Source: Squalus acanthias
Taxonomy: Eukaryota
NCBI GenBank assembly: GCA_030390025.1
Contig: CM059432.1
Location: 94,986,001 to 95,050,000 of the forward strand
Direction: 5' to 3'
DNA: 64,000 nucleotides
Under the pieces are notes generated by a model. The model was not told where the DNA came from, did no database searches, and saw only the letters and a program-made list of their open reading frames with translations. Both the position numbers and the translations under genes were made by a program. Positions 27,701 to 40,790 of this stretch are shown piece after piece. Position 1 is the first letter of the stretch, and the number at the start of each line of letters is the position of its first letter.

Positions 27701-27829
27701 TATGAATTTTTCTTTCCTTTCTCACCTTAAAAGATGAAATGGATTTGTTTAAATGATACTAGTATTAAAACGTCACAATAGGCTCAAGGGTTAAGTTTTT
27801 TTAATAAAAAAAGTAGTAGGGGTGACAAA

Positions 27830-28085
27830 GTTGAGAGATTCAGTTCTTTTCGCCTCTGGGAGCCAAGTTCAAATCCTGCCCAGACTGATTGAATGAAAAT
27901 TCCTTCTCTCTCCCAACCTTCAGCGTCTTGCATGAAATAACCTTTGGCATTTCCGAGTGGGCATGGATTTAAACGCAGTGGTCAATAATTCTGCACAAGC
28001 TGACACGAAGATAGAAAATCTCTGTGGCTTAAGAGGACTGAAGTTGCAAGAACTCAGTGATACAATAGGAGGCACTCTTCAAAGG
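27830..28085 (+). mobile_element. Ancient tRNA-headed SINE, possibly LF-SINE-related; similar fragment near 14980-15170
   Basis: CTTTTCGCCTCTGGGAGCCAAGTTCAAATCCTGCCCAG has a B-box and resembles the LF-SINE 5' end as I recall it. Confidence 0.35.
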
Positions 28086-28195
28086 CTGATATTAAGACAT
28101 GTTGGTGTAGTGTAGTAGAAGTTTTGCACTGCACTTAACCTGTGGTTTTTGCTGCACTGGGTTCAGAAATTGGGAAAATGCATTGATATTTCTTA

Positions 28196-28420
28196 AATAA
28201 CAACAGAAAACGCTGGAAAAACTCAGCAGGCCAGGCAGCATCCGTGGAGAGAGAAACAGAGTTAACATTTCAGGTCGAAGACCTTTCGTCAGAACTCTGA
28301 CGAAAGGTCTTCGACCTGAAACGTTAACTCTGTTTCTCTCTCCACGGATGCTGCCTGGCCTGCTGAGTTTTTCCAGCGTTTTCTGTTGTTTCGGATTTCC
28401 AGCATCTGCAGTATTTTGAT
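28196..28420. mobile_element. Palindromic Penelope pLTR mini-element, family A
   Basis: 95-bp inverted arms (28199-28293 / 28296-28390), one mismatch; flanking repeat ATTGATATTTCTTA (28182-28195, 28421-28434); hammerhead cores on both strands. Confidence 0.9.
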
Positions 28421-29884
28421 ATTGATATTTCTTACCTTGATGAAATTGGTGTTTTATCAATCTTACAACTTTTGCATGTATTCTATTTGTGCTGATAGAA
28501 TCAAGAATATCTGCCAATCTAAGTAGGTTTTTGTTTTGTTTTGGTCACAATGTTAAGTAAACCATTATTAACCAGTAGAATATATTTCTTTGTGTTATGT
28601 TTTAGCTATGCATCTGATGTCTAATTCTGCTCTGGTGGTTGCATTATAATAGCCAGAGTAATAGTGCTACTGCCAAGCGTTTCCCCTTTACATCACAGCC
28701 ATATAAAATTTGTCTATTAGTTCTGGGTTGCACTACAGGGCAAAAAAAACCCTGCTTTTGTTTCCCTGTTGAAAAACAGTGCATTTGCATTTTGAGAGTA
28801 CTGTTGAGTAGTACAATATTTTTGTGAAAAGTCGGCTAGAGTGCACAGTTGGGAATTACTTACGGGACGGGATGCCAAAAATTTGTGGAGGATGGGGTGA
28901 GATTTTTAAAAATTGAATAGTAATCTGTGAGAAATAGTGATATGCGAAATCAAAGAAAATCATTTTTAGACTGCAGAATAGCTGTTCTCTAAACTTTCAA
29001 CAATGGACATTAAGGTACCCACAAATACTCATTGTATACCCCTGAAAATGTTTTCTTTTTGATACTTTCTTCATAAAATATTCATTTTGGTTGCCCTTTT
29101 GCCCCATCTTGAGGAATGATGCCATTTACATAGAAACCAGTTGACTAGTGTATGTGCTTATTTACTCCAGCCACCTGCTGGTTAAATTCCGGGTACATTT
29201 TCTTGCAAAAAAGCTACCACGTAAAGTAAGAAGCAAGACTATTTGTGGAATTTCCTACTGATGACAGAATAACCAAATATGGCACACTATTTACAACACT
29301 ATTTATAACCCAATACATGGTGCCTACTGTTCAGTTTAATCCCACCCTTCAGCAGAGTTGTTACTGTGTAGTATTAAATGCATAAATGTACAAATTTATT
29401 ATCCCTAAATCTCTTCTCCCCTCCCCCTCCCCCTCCCAATCCCTGCCTTTCAATCTTCAAGTCACCCACCATTATTTCAAATGAGTGAGTAGTTCATTTG
29501 ATCTCTGTCCTTTTCTCTGTATCTGTACAGTAGGTGGTGTGTAAAAGTGCTGTGCATTAACTTGCATTCCAGTTTTCTTTCCCTTTCCCTTCCCTTTGTG
29601 GGGACTTGCTTCGCCTGCTGGACTAATGTAGATCGTGAACTCTCCATATGGGGAATTATGGACATGGGCCATAATCCTATAAATCTGATATTGCACCATG
29701 CTGTGGGATAACCTGACTGTCAACAGTACCATAAAACCGGCAGTACTTGTACGTATCCAAAAATAATGATTGAAGTGTATTGTATTCACTAAATTCTGTA
29801 AGATGTAATGGAGACAGTTTTCCTGGATTTAGCATCCAAATACCACCTGAAAAAGTGGTGCTAATCCTTCTACTCTATTTTGGG

Positions 29885-31103
29885 TAGGAGAGATAAACAG
29901 GGAAATTATAGGCCTATTATTCTAACATCAGTTATGGGAAAGTTACTTGAATCTGTTATTAGGGACAGTGTGACTGAGCATTTGGACAAATATGAGCAGG
30001 TCAGAGAGAGTCGGCATGGATTTGTAAAGGGTAAGTCATGTCTAATGAACCTAGTTGAATTTTTTGAGGTAACAAACATGTTAAAAATGAGAGCACATGG
30101 AATTGGAAGCAACCTATTGGCTTGGATAGGGAATTGGATAGGAGACAGAGTAGGGATAATGGGTATGTACTCAAATTAGTAGGATGTGTCTGGTGGTGTC
30201 CCCCAGGGATCTGTACTGGAGCCTCAGCTTTTCACTATATTTATAAATGACTTGGATGAAGGAATAGAAAGCCGTATATCTAAGTTTGCTGATGACGCTA
30301 AGTTAGGTGGCACAGTAAATAGTGTAGATGGCAGCAGAAAGTTGCAACGGGACATTGATAGATTAAGTGAGTGGGCAAAACTGTGGCAGATGGAGTTCAA
30401 TGTAGGAAAGTGTGAGGTCATCCACTTTGCACCCAGGAAAGATGGATCAGTGTATTTTCTAAATGACGAGAAGCTAGGAACTGTGGATGAGCAGAGAGAT
30501 TTATGGGTTCAGGTACAGAAATCACTGAAAGCTAGCGGACAGGTACAAAAAATAATTTAAAAAGCTAATAAAATGTTGGCCTTTACCGCAAGAGGGCTGG
30601 AATACAAAGGAGTAAAAGTTATGTTACAGGTGTACAGAGCTCTGGTTTGATCCTATCTGGAGCACTGTATTCAGTTCTGGGTACCACACCTCAAGAAGGA
30701 TATATTGGCCTTGGAGGGGGTGCAGCGCAGACTTACCAGAATGGTACCGGGGCTAAAAGGGTTAAATTATGAGGCCAGGTTGCACAGACTAAGCTTGTAT
30801 TCCCTTGAGTATAGATGATTAAGGGGTGATCTAATTGAAGTGTTTAAGATGATTAAAGTATTTGATAGGGTAGATAAAGACAAACTATTTCTTCTGGTGG
30901 GGGGGGGGGGGGTGGTTGCGAGGGAAGTCCAGAAAAAGGGGGCAAAACCGTAAAATTAGAGCTAGGCCATTCAGGGGCGATGTCAGAAAGCAGTTCTTCA
31001 CACAAAGGGTAGTGGAAGTGTGGAGTTAAGATACAGATCAGCCATGATCTAATTGAATGGCAGAACAGGCTTGAAGGGCTGAAATACCTACTCCTGTTCC
31101 TAT
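29885..31103 (+). mobile_element. Degenerate 5'-truncated CR1 LINE
   Basis: GNYRPIILTSVMGKLLES, GVPQGSVL, FADDAK; CR1 tail GCCTACTCCTGTTCCTATG-like at the end. Confidence 0.9.
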
Positions 31104-31683
31104 GCACAAGAATATCACTAGCTGAATTTTGTCAATGATTTTTCAGGTAGTTGCACCTAAGTAGGGTGTGCCAGTGTAAATTGTATGCAAATAAGTGTCA
31201 GAGATCTGTGCACTCAGATTTCCTGATGCATCGAAGCTCTGCAGTCCACCATGGAGCGCATGGTCACTTCATGGCCATCTGCAGCAGAGCTCCTGACACA
31301 GCCTATAATGCCAGTAACAGCATCTCAGGAATGCTCATACTGTTGTTATGGCTTGGAGATTGTGTGGATACTGGCTTCAGCCAACTCCGTTCTCTTGTTG
31401 AGTCTCCCACAGATCAGGGGATGTCTGGATGACAACATTTGTAAATCAACCAATGCTGGTACAGCTGGCATAAAGTGTGCGGTGCCAGGCTGCCCTGTCA
31501 ACTGCTGAAGTGGAGCAGCCTGCAGCTGGACCTTCTCAGGTCTGTACTCGCGATCGACTACCACCATTTCAAATGCATTTGACTGGTGCACAGTGGTCAG
31601 CCATCTCCCATGCTCCAAACACGAGGAGCAGCAATTAAAAGCACCACTGCAAGCAGGCACCACTGGAAAACACTGGTGAATAA

Positions 31684-32217
31684 AAGGAAAAAAAAGACTT
31701 GCATTTATATAGCGCCGTTCACGACCACCGGACGTCTTTTTTATTAATTCATGGGATGTGGGCATCACTGGCAAGGCCAGCATTTATTGCCCATCCCTAA
31801 TTGCCCTTGTCTCAAAGCGCTTTACAGCCATTTAAGTACTTTTGGAGTATAGTCACTGTTATGTGGGAAACGCGGCAGCCAATTTGTGCACAGCAAGCTC
31901 CCACAAACAGCAATGTGATAATGACCAGATAATTTGTTTTTTGGTATGTTGATTGAGGGACAAATATTGTCCAGGACACCGGGGATAACTCCCTGCTCTT
32001 CTTTGAAATAGTGCCATGGAATCTTTTACGTCCACCTGAGAGAGCAGACAGGGCTTCAGTTTAACGTCCCATCCAAAAGACAGCACCTCCAACAGTGCAG
32101 CACCCCCTCAGTACTGCACTGGAGTATCAACCTAGATTTATGTGCTCAAGTGCCTGGAGTGGGACTTGAACCCACAACCTTCTGACTCAGGCGATTATGC
32201 TACCCACTGAGCCACAG
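31684..32217 (-). mobile_element. Near full-length tRNA-derived Deu-domain SINE (SacSINE1-like) with a nested ~70-bp LINE tail at about 31738-31808
   Basis: Minus strand: A-box TGGCTCAGTGG, B-box GGTTCAAGTCC, Deu-like core, L2-type tail; insert matches 45670-45745. Confidence 0.8.
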
Positions 32218-32559
32218 TTGAGTAGAAAAGATAAAGGATGATGAGTATTGGAGCATAGGCATTAATGAGGGTAGAGTACCTGAAGGCAGAGAAAGAAAAG
32301 GAGGCATGAAGGCCAGGGGCGGGTAAAAGGAAAAAGGGAGAGATACAAGTGATGAACTCAGGTGTGGAACGACAGTCAAAACGTGCATGAGGATGGACAT
32401 GGGGATCAAGCTACAAAGGCATGATTGAATGCTAGATTATAAAGCATGATTTGAATTAGCCTGAAAAAGTTGATGTAGTCAGTGCCCCATAGACGTGGAG
32501 CTGAGACAAATGATTTAAAGTATTTCTTGAGGCCGAGTAAACACAGTTATTGTCAGTTG

Positions 32560-33143
32560 ATTTACAAAAATGGTTCCAGGAATGAGGGACTTCAGTTACG
32601 TGAATAGACTGGAGAAGCTGGAGTTGTTCTCCGTAGAGCAGAGAAGGTTGAGAGGAGATTTGATAGAGGTGTTCAAAATCATATGGGGTCTAGACAGAGT
32701 AGATAGAGAGAAACTGTTTCCATTGGCGGAAGGGTCGAGAACCAGAGGACACAGATTTAAGGTGATTGTCAGAAGAACCAAAGGTGACATGAGGAAAAAG
32801 ATAGATTTAGATGAGGAAAGACGGGAGATGGCTCGAGTGGAGCATAAACCTCGGCATAGACTAGTTGCGCCGAATGGCCTGTTTCTGTGCTGTATAGCCT
32901 ATGTAAAAACTTTTTTACGCAGCGAGTGGTTAGGATCTGGAATGCACTGCCTGCAAGGGTGGTGGAGGCGGATATAATCGTGGCTTTCAAAAGGGAATTG
33001 GATAAGTACCTGAAGGGAAAAAATTTGCAGGGCTATGGGAAAGGGTGGGTGAGTAGGACTAGCTGAAGTGCTCTTGCAGAGAGCCGGCACGCGCTCGACG
33101 GGCTGAATGACCTCCTTCTGTGCTGTAACCATTCTATGATTCT
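32560..33143 (+). mobile_element. CR1 3' fragment containing a nested tail of a second CR1 subfamily (about 32800-32905)
   Basis: RRLRGDLIEVFKI...TRGHRFK; insert resembles 55840-55945. Confidence 0.85.
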
Positions 33144-33373
33144 AGTTGTCAATGGCAGTTGGTCAAAAGATGCAGTAAGAAATCACCATTCCAATCAATG
33201 TTGTTCCGACTGTCAATAAAATATTGCCCTTGTGAAGATTTTATAAAGAGACAGTCTGGGGGGAAAAAAAATTAAAGCAAGTTTCTCAGAAACAAACCAA
33301 AATTCCCTCCACATCTATGGAAGAATGCAGAAATCGACAGGAGCCGAGGAGCAGATCAATATCAATAGCGATA

Positions 33374-34208
33374 GCAAAATACTGCAGATGCTGGAAATCC
33401 GAAATAACAACAGAAAACGCTGGAAAAACTCAGCAGGCGAGGCAGCATCCGTGGAGAGAGAAACAGAGTTAACGTTTCAGGTCGAGACCTTTCGTTAGAA
33501 CTGGAAACAGCAGGAAATCAAATAGATTTAAGGCAAGGATAAAGCTGGGAAAAGGGGGGAGGGGATGAAAGAACAAAAGGAGAGATTAAGAGATATTCAA
33601 GGCAAGAGGTGGTGTTAATGTGACAGGTTAAGGCTAAAAGAAGTGTGAAATGCACTGGCAGAATGAAGGACAGCTGCCAGCTTCTAGGAGGGGGAAAAAA
33701 AGGGGGGGCAAACAAAAGGGTGGATGAAAAAATAAAATATAAATGTGATTGGGGCTGAGGTTATGATCTAAAATTGTTGAACTCGATATTGAGTCCAGAG
33801 GGCTGTAGCGTGCCTAAACGAAAGATGAGGTGCTGTTCCTCGAGCTTACGCTGCGCTTCCGTGGAACAGTGTAATAGGCCGAGGACGGTGAGGTCAGAGT
33901 GGGAGTGAAGCAGTGAATTAAAGTGACAGGTGACCGGGAGCTCGGGGTCCCCCTGACGGACTGAACGGAGGTGTTCCGCAAAGCGGTCACCCAATCTGTG
34001 TTTGGTCTCCCCAATATAGAGGAGACCACATCGTGAGCAGCGAATACAGTATTATAAATTGCAGGAAGTACAAGTAAATCGCTGTTTCAGCTGGAAGGGG
34101 TGTTTGGGGCCCTGGACAGTGGGAAGAGGGGAGGTATAAGGGCATATGTTGCATCTCCTGCGCTTGCACGGGAAGGTGCCGGGCGAAGGGGAAGGGGTGC
34201 TGGGGATG
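33374..34208 (-). mobile_element. 5'-truncated Penelope-like element, family A
   Basis: Minus-strand ORFs FPCKRRRCNICP and GDRFAEHLRSV...LEEQHLIFRLGTLQPSGLN; pLTR nearly identical to 28196-28420; hammerhead at 33467-33502 has a mutated core (CTAACGA). Confidence 0.92.
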
Positions 34209-34329
34209 TCAGTTTCAAAGAGATACAGCAACAGCCGAGGTGAAAGCAATTAATGACAGTGCTCCCATTAAATAACTGATAGAAAAAGTTGGTCTTTTTC
34301 TTCTGGATCCCTTTACCTGACGAACCCTT

Positions 34330-36270
34330 TCCTGGGGGATGCATGTGGTGGGCTGGGGGAACCTGGCAACGATAACCTCCCGACACCATTCAGCCATTGA
34401 AATCTAAAGTAACGTAGGGTCCCCTCAACATCAAAGTCGATTTCTGCAGTCTGTTCCATCTGAATAAAAGCTCACTTATTTCAGCTGATGCCTCAGTTCC
34501 TTCTGGTAAACGTTTGGCAGAGAGTTTTTTTCATCCTTGGAGGATTTCAAATTAGCACGATCAGCATGGGAGGCGCCTTGGATGTGTTTGACAACACATC
34601 AGAAGAGGAAGACCATCACCATCCACAGCAGCAACGACGTGCTGGGGTGGGATCAGCACGTGCACTGGAGAGGGGCCGAGTTCACAGGAGGCACTACCCA
34701 CGTTATAGGGTTTACAGACAGAAGCTCAGCTTCCTTGACCTCTCGGAAGACCAGTGCTTCCGCAGGCTGAGGTCGTCACATCAGGTGGTGGTCGACAACT
34801 GCAGCCTCCTAGAAGAAGACCTGGACCTGGTGGCCACGCATTAGCAGTAGCTGTGAAAGTGACCACTGCCCTCAACTTTTTGCCTCCGTGACATATCTAG
34901 GATCTCCCAGTCAGCTGCACATAAATGCATAAGGCAGGTCACTGATGGCTTGTTTATCAGGCCTGACAACTATTTAAATTTCCCTTATAATAACAGTAGC
35001 CAAACGGAGTGGGCACACGGCTTTGCCTCCCGGCCTGGATTCCCACAGGTACAGGGTGCCATTGGCTGCACACACGTGGCAACCTGAGCACCGCCACAGC
35101 ACCCAGGAGTGTTTATGGTGTGGTGTGCTGTGCTGTGCTGTGTTCTGCACAACATTGCGCAGCAAAGTGGATTGCAGGTGGAGGAGGACGGAGGGGCTCA
35201 TCACTTATCTTCAGATGAGAACATAGAGAAGGAGGAAGATGGGGCACCCATTGCCAGACCAGCAGCTTACATTGCTGCCAGGGATAATATCGCGAAGGTT
35301 CACCTAATGTAACATGGAAGAAATGAATTCCTGCGGTCCACCCCCACCCCCCTCCACACACACACTTTTTGCACTAAACAGTCCTTCAACCATTCATCCA
35401 CTTATTGCATCTGCTCAATGGGTCCCGTCATATAATGACATTCATCATGAGACAAGTGAAAGGGCGAGTTGACACTCGAAATGCGATAATGGACAAGATG
35501 TGGAAGTGGTGCTAATCAACAAATTTTATGTGCCATTATAAAAGAAGGAAACAACACAAGATTTTGTCAAACACCCATGTGCATACCCTTGCTGACTTGC
35601 AATTTCTTCAACTTATGCTTCCTCCTGCTTCTATGTGATGCATCCTGTGTGGCTTCAACAGAGGTAGATCCCTGCACTGACTGAGATGCTTTTAGCCTAC
35701 ACCATGTGGGTTTTGGAGTCCTTGATGACCCCCGCCAAAGACTGCTCCACTTGCACCTGTGCAGGGGCAGACTTGGCCATCAGGAGACTCGGCAGCATGT
35801 TGGGTACTAGCTCGGTGGGGGCAACAGGAGAGAAATGGGAGCACTTTGAGTGGAGTTCCCACTTCCATGTCCCCTTTCACCATTGTCCTTCTCCTGGGCC
35901 AGCACCATATCATTCCTACCACTTTGCTGCAGACCAGCTTGGTGGAGACCAGTGACGAGTTGTAAGGCCACGGATAAGGTATCTGTCATCCTGTTTAAGG
36001 CGGCAGACAAGTTGGCATCCAAAGTGTGGTCACGGCCTGCATGGATTCATTTGAGAGCCGAGCTTGAAGCTTTATGGAGGTGGCCACTCTCTCCATGGCA
36101 GACATTCTCACAATTCCTTGCACCACCAATCCACAGCTATCGAGTTGGACTCCTCCATCTTCTCCGCTATTGTGGAGAGTGAGCATGGCATATCTGTCAG
36201 TACCTGGCTAAGTTGCTGATGCACCTCTATTATTCTCCTTCTCAACGATAGACCCCGGGGTTCAGCATCA
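34330..36270. mobile_element. Decayed PIF/Harbinger transposon: transposase remnant (+, about 34560-35310) convergent with Myb/SANT gene remnant (-, about 35570-36270)
   Basis: RVYRQKLSFLDLSEDQCFRRLR, AVKVTTALNF, ISQSAAHKCIRQVTD, GFPQVQGAIGCTHVA, CCVLHNIA; minus part similar to 48030-48790. Confidence 0.85.
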
Positions 36271-36933
36271 GCAATGTCCAAATTGGCTAATTTTTTGGTA
36301 AACCAGTGATCAGAAACTATTTGGTGTTGTCATGTGATTTAGTGAAATTAATAAGTTCTAGCATGATGTTTTCTGAGAAAAGTAGATGACCACACATGAT
36401 TCTAAATGAGTTGACAGTTGTACAAGTAGTTCCTGGAACCCCCACTCTTACCGGTTGTCCTTGAGATTGTCCAAATGGGAGTTTAAATGGCAAACAGGGA
36501 GCACTTGTACACAGCAGAATATTGTACTGTTGCAGGAATGGCTGAACCCAATCAATTGAAACTGACTTTGAACTCAGCCATTTGACATTGAAGATGTATG
36601 AACTGATAACTGCCTATTACATTGTTTAAAGCTCAGGGACAGCAGGTGGAAGCTTTATTTGTGAGTCTCACTTTGTTTCTTTTTAAGGAGTTATTTATCA
36701 TTGTCCATCTGTAGGAGGTAAGGAGTTGTGGGCTGAGTTCATGGAACACATAGATGCATTGTCATGAGGAATACTTGACTGACAAACAGTTGTCAATGTT
36801 GCCTTTATCAAAGATGGCACCATACTTGAAATTTTGGGGTTGATATTAAACACTTTAAAAAATGAAGACCGCGTCCCCAACACGCCACATATGTACCCGT
36901 TGCCATTTTTACAACAGTGGATGTGCCTGTGTC

Positions 36934-37108
36934 CAATGTTCCCTTTAGGCTGCACTATGTTCTGCCTGGCCTGTTTCTTTCAATGCGCGGTCCCTTTAAA
37001 TTTCTGCGCATGCGCAGTATTTCCACTGTAAAAGCTGGCGAACGGCTTGCGTGGGACCTTGCAGATTACAGCCCAGCCACGCATGTGCGCAGCTTAGAGG
37101 GAACATTG
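36934..37108. mobile_element. hAT-type MITE, 175 bp
   Basis: TIR CAATGTTCCCTTTA / TAGAGGGAACATTG; perfect 8-bp TSD CCTGTGTC (36926-36933, 37109-37116). Confidence 0.9.
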
Positions 37109-37127
37109 CCTGTGTCCTATCTTGGAG

Positions 37128-37850
37128 AGGTGGGACACTTCATTATCATATTTAAATCAGGCTCCCGGAGTGCAAATGGGAACCTGATTTAAATTTAACA
37201 ACTGCTGGCAGGGTTTCCCAGAGCTCGGAAAACCCGGCAGCGAAAAGGAGGCAAAAGCTGCCGGCTCAAGAAGGTAAGTGCTTTTAATAGCACTCCTTGT
37301 GTACCAGGAGGAGCAGGTGTGCTTCCCCCAGCCCCCTCAAGCAAACCTTCGGCCTTTCTGCTGATCGCGGCCTCTCTCGCCCCCTGTCATGATTGATGAC
37401 CTCCCCCACAACCCCCAATCTCCGGCCTGCCCCACGATCATGATTCCCGGGGACCATCCCAAAGCGTCCCCGGCTGCAGCATCCTGCCACTGGTTTTCCT
37501 GGCCAGCCTGTCAATTTCATCATAGAATCATATGGCACAGAAGGAGGCCATTCGGCCCATCGTGTCTGTGCCAGCCGAAAAGGAGCTATCCAGCCTAATC
37601 CCACTTTCCAGCTCTTGGTCCGTAGCTTTGTAGGTTTCGGCACTTCAAGTACATATCCAAGTACTTTTTAAATGCGATGAAGGTTTCTGCATCTACCACC
37701 CTTTCAGGCAGTGAGTTCCAGACCCTTTGGCTGGTTGCCGAACGGGAAACTGAAGAAAACAATTGAGTTCCTGTCGTTAAATTCCTCAGCATCCCCAGTC
37801 TTGCCGGGTTTACCACCCTTCCTCCACGCCTCCCCGTAAATATCTGGGCC
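37128..37850. mobile_element. Harbinger-like MITE remnant with nested minus-strand CR1 tail (about 37520-37725)
   Basis: GC-rich flanks with GGGTTTCCC/GGGTTTACC motifs, right end AATATCTGGGCC; insert encodes RVWNSLPERVV..FKKYLD. Confidence 0.55.
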
Positions 37851-37875
37851 TTTGCCTCAGTTTTATAAACACAAT

Positions 37876-38233
37876 GGAGTAGAATTTCATCTGGGCCTAT
37901 TACGGGCCCAAACTCCGCGCTGCACCCAAACCAAGAGGCCCGACGATGAATGTGGAGGGCCACTGAAGAATCCTGACTAGGACAGGTCCAATGCAGATTG
38001 GAAACTATTTTTGCAGAGGGGTCTTTCAACAGGTGTTAGCCCCCAACTTAACATATGCCAGGGGCCTAACGCTTGTGGCCGCCAATGAATTAGGCCCAGC
38101 AAATTTAGCAGTGGGACGATCACCTACACAGATTGGTCGCAGGCCGTCCCAGTGCTAAACTGGTTAGCATTGCCCCTGCTTTTTGCCCATTTTACACCCA
38201 AAAAACAGGCACAACGCAATCAATTTCTACCTC
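37876..38233. mobile_element. Harbinger-like MITE
   Basis: Imperfect TIRs GGAGTAGAATTTC / CAATTTCTACCTC; TSD not clean. Confidence 0.5.
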
Positions 38234-39514
38234 CTATATTTTGGTTCGTATAAAAAGAATGGTTTGCAAAAGTTTAATTTGTGATTGTCATGACTTGAAA
38301 CTGCCCAGAAAAAGAACTTAATATTGCACTTGTTGACAAAGTTAGGGTTTGGTTAAGGAGGTATGCAGGTTTCTGATTTGAACCCCCCACTGCTGTCTTA
38401 CTCTGATTAGTATACCAGTACATGCATTGGGAATGTGAAATTTGATACTGTGTAAGTATTTTAAAAGGTAACAGAGGTGTAAAAATGTTAATTTTCTCTT
38501 TTGAGACAAGGCAGTGTTGGTTTCATAAAGTAAAATAAACACAAAACTTACTTACAGGATACCTAAATAATGAAATGTAGCACATTCTGGTTAAAGAGTC
38601 AGTCTCAACATCAGCAACCCTTCTTTAAAAAAATCAGCTTGTTGCATCATAACATTTTATGTGTTTCTATTTCTGTTGTTTTTTTTTAGAGTAGTTTTGT
38701 TTAAGCAGTGACTAATGACATCACTGGGGAAAACTCAGGCTCGATAACTCCTCAGAGCCAAATGATATGAGAAAGCTGAGTCAACATCAGTAGAGATACT
38801 TTCATTAAGCTGGAATGCTTAACTATGTATTCAACCCACTCATACTGTCCAAGTTAGGTCATCTGCTACTAACACTTACTGGTACAGATATTTTAAAGCA
38901 TAAGTGAATGAGGAGGGAGGGGTGGGGTTAGGGTGCAATATATGTACAGGTTAACAATTCATAGTAAAGTACGTAACTTTAAACGGCTTCTTATAATGAA
39001 ACAACAACTGAGATCTAACAGTGAAAATGTTAACGCTATATCACCCACTTTTGATGTTTTTCTTGAAATGTGGTACTTTGCACAGGCTACTGGTATTAAA
39101 CAGAATTATTTATGTGTGACAGAATGATACCTAAAGGCTATATTTAATTCAGTAAACTATAGGTGTAGACTTGATTTATGTGATATATACCATAGGAAGT
39201 AAATTTGGATCAACAGTGGCCCTTCCTATATTCTCCATGCTTGCTAAAAATAGCAATGTTTCTGAGTCTTGAGTTAAAGGTTTATTTTGTTCACCAAATT
39301 TACATTGCATCCATTATTTGTATTGCAACCATGCTCTCCAAGTGGGACTTGTGTTTGAGATGTAAGAAAACTATACTTTCTAATTAATATGTAATTTGAG
39401 TTAATTAGCATAATCTGTCACTGAATGGCCCATTGTTACTGTATTACTCGTTAATAACTATAAATATTAAAAGCAGATGATACAAAATAATATGATAAGC
39501 TAAACTGTTAAAGC

Positions 39515-39645
39515 AAGAAATAAAAACAGAAAATGCTGGAAATACACAATGGGTCAGACAGCATCTGTAAAGAGAAAAGACAGGTTAAGACATTTTGGGT
39601 GTGTACCCTTCATCAGACTTTCAGCATTCGCAGCTTTTCCTTTTT
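39515..39645 (-). mobile_element. Older degenerate Penelope pLTR fragment
   Basis: AACAGAAAATGCTGGAAATAC...GCATCTGT...CTTCATCAGA similar to family A pLTR. Confidence 0.65.
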
Positions 39646-40790
39646 AATTTACTGTGAAAGCAAGAGCTGATTCCTCTTAGGATTGGGTGTTTTTTTTAAA
39701 TGTGACTGCTTCTAATGTGTATAACTCCAAGGGTGAATGGACTCTGGGTTATATGGGTTACGAACTGCAGTGTAACTGGGCATGTCAATGAAATCATATT
39801 GCATTTGGATTCAGTTCAACTGAAGAGAGATTTATAACTTCTTATACTCTATAATGAATTGAGGTTGCAAATTATTGCTAAATCCAAAACCAGATGGGAT
39901 AGAGCTGTGGGTGGGATCATTGAAAACCTTATAGCACCTTTATATTACACACAACCAATTCAAATAGCAGCAATTCTGTTTTGATTGACAGACAGGCCCT
40001 AGTATCTACATCATTTATATTGCAGATACCAATAACACAAAAACACCTATGACTTTCATTTTCTAGCTGCAGTTTCTCCAACAGTTGGAAAATAGTCCTT
40101 GCAGCACAAAAGCCACTCCAAGCTAGAAAAAGTAGTGACCAGTATCAATAGCTTTCTAAGGTGGTGCTCTGATTCTGCTCATGGTGTCAGGTGAGTAAAA
40201 CCACCTTTTGAGATGGCCATTTACATTACGACTGAAGTTAGGGCTACTTCTATTGGTAGCGTTATAGGGTAAATGCAGCATTTATATAAGCAACATTTCT
40301 GTGTCTTGCACTTTTTTTTTAAACAATACTTAACTCACTCTAATCTCAATATATTGTCGCCTTCACTTTCTTTTTCTGAAACAGCGCTTCTTGGTAATTT
40401 TTCGAGTTCAAAATTCCAACCTGTTGTAGAAAGAAGTAACAAACAGTTTAAAACAGGATTTATGCTGACTTGCAGGAAAGGGAGTTGTACTTTAGATAGC
40501 AACCAGCAGCAGAAACCTTGGAAATTCTACTCCTCCCTAATGCAAGAGGAGTGACACCGATTGAGAAAAGAAAAACAGAAAGACTTAGATTAAATAGTGC
40601 CTTATCATGTCTCTCAGAAATGTCTCCAAGCTTTTCACATTCAATGAGCTATTTTAAAATCAGGTGACAATTGTTATGTAGAAAACTGTGGTGGCCATTT
40701 TCCACACAGCAAGATCCCCCAAAATAGCAATAAAATGAATGACCAGTTAGTTTATCAGTCTTGGTTGTGTTGGACTGCTGAATTGTCAAC

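Noticed and set aside
28092..28517. 141-aa minus-strand ORF, or a pre-miRNA hairpin
   Set aside because: Runs through the palindromic repeat; the arms are Penelope pLTR sequence found elsewhere in the window
31151..31680. Overlapping ORFs of 85-145 aa
   Set aside because: No convincing domain or splice structure; may be an old repeat but I cannot classify it
32140..32217. tRNA gene
   Set aside because: A and B boxes belong to the SINE head; no full cloverleaf
34488..35312. Host HARBI1 gene
   Set aside because: Frameshifts, internal deletion and loss of a catalytic Asp (GAIGCTH) indicate a dead transposon
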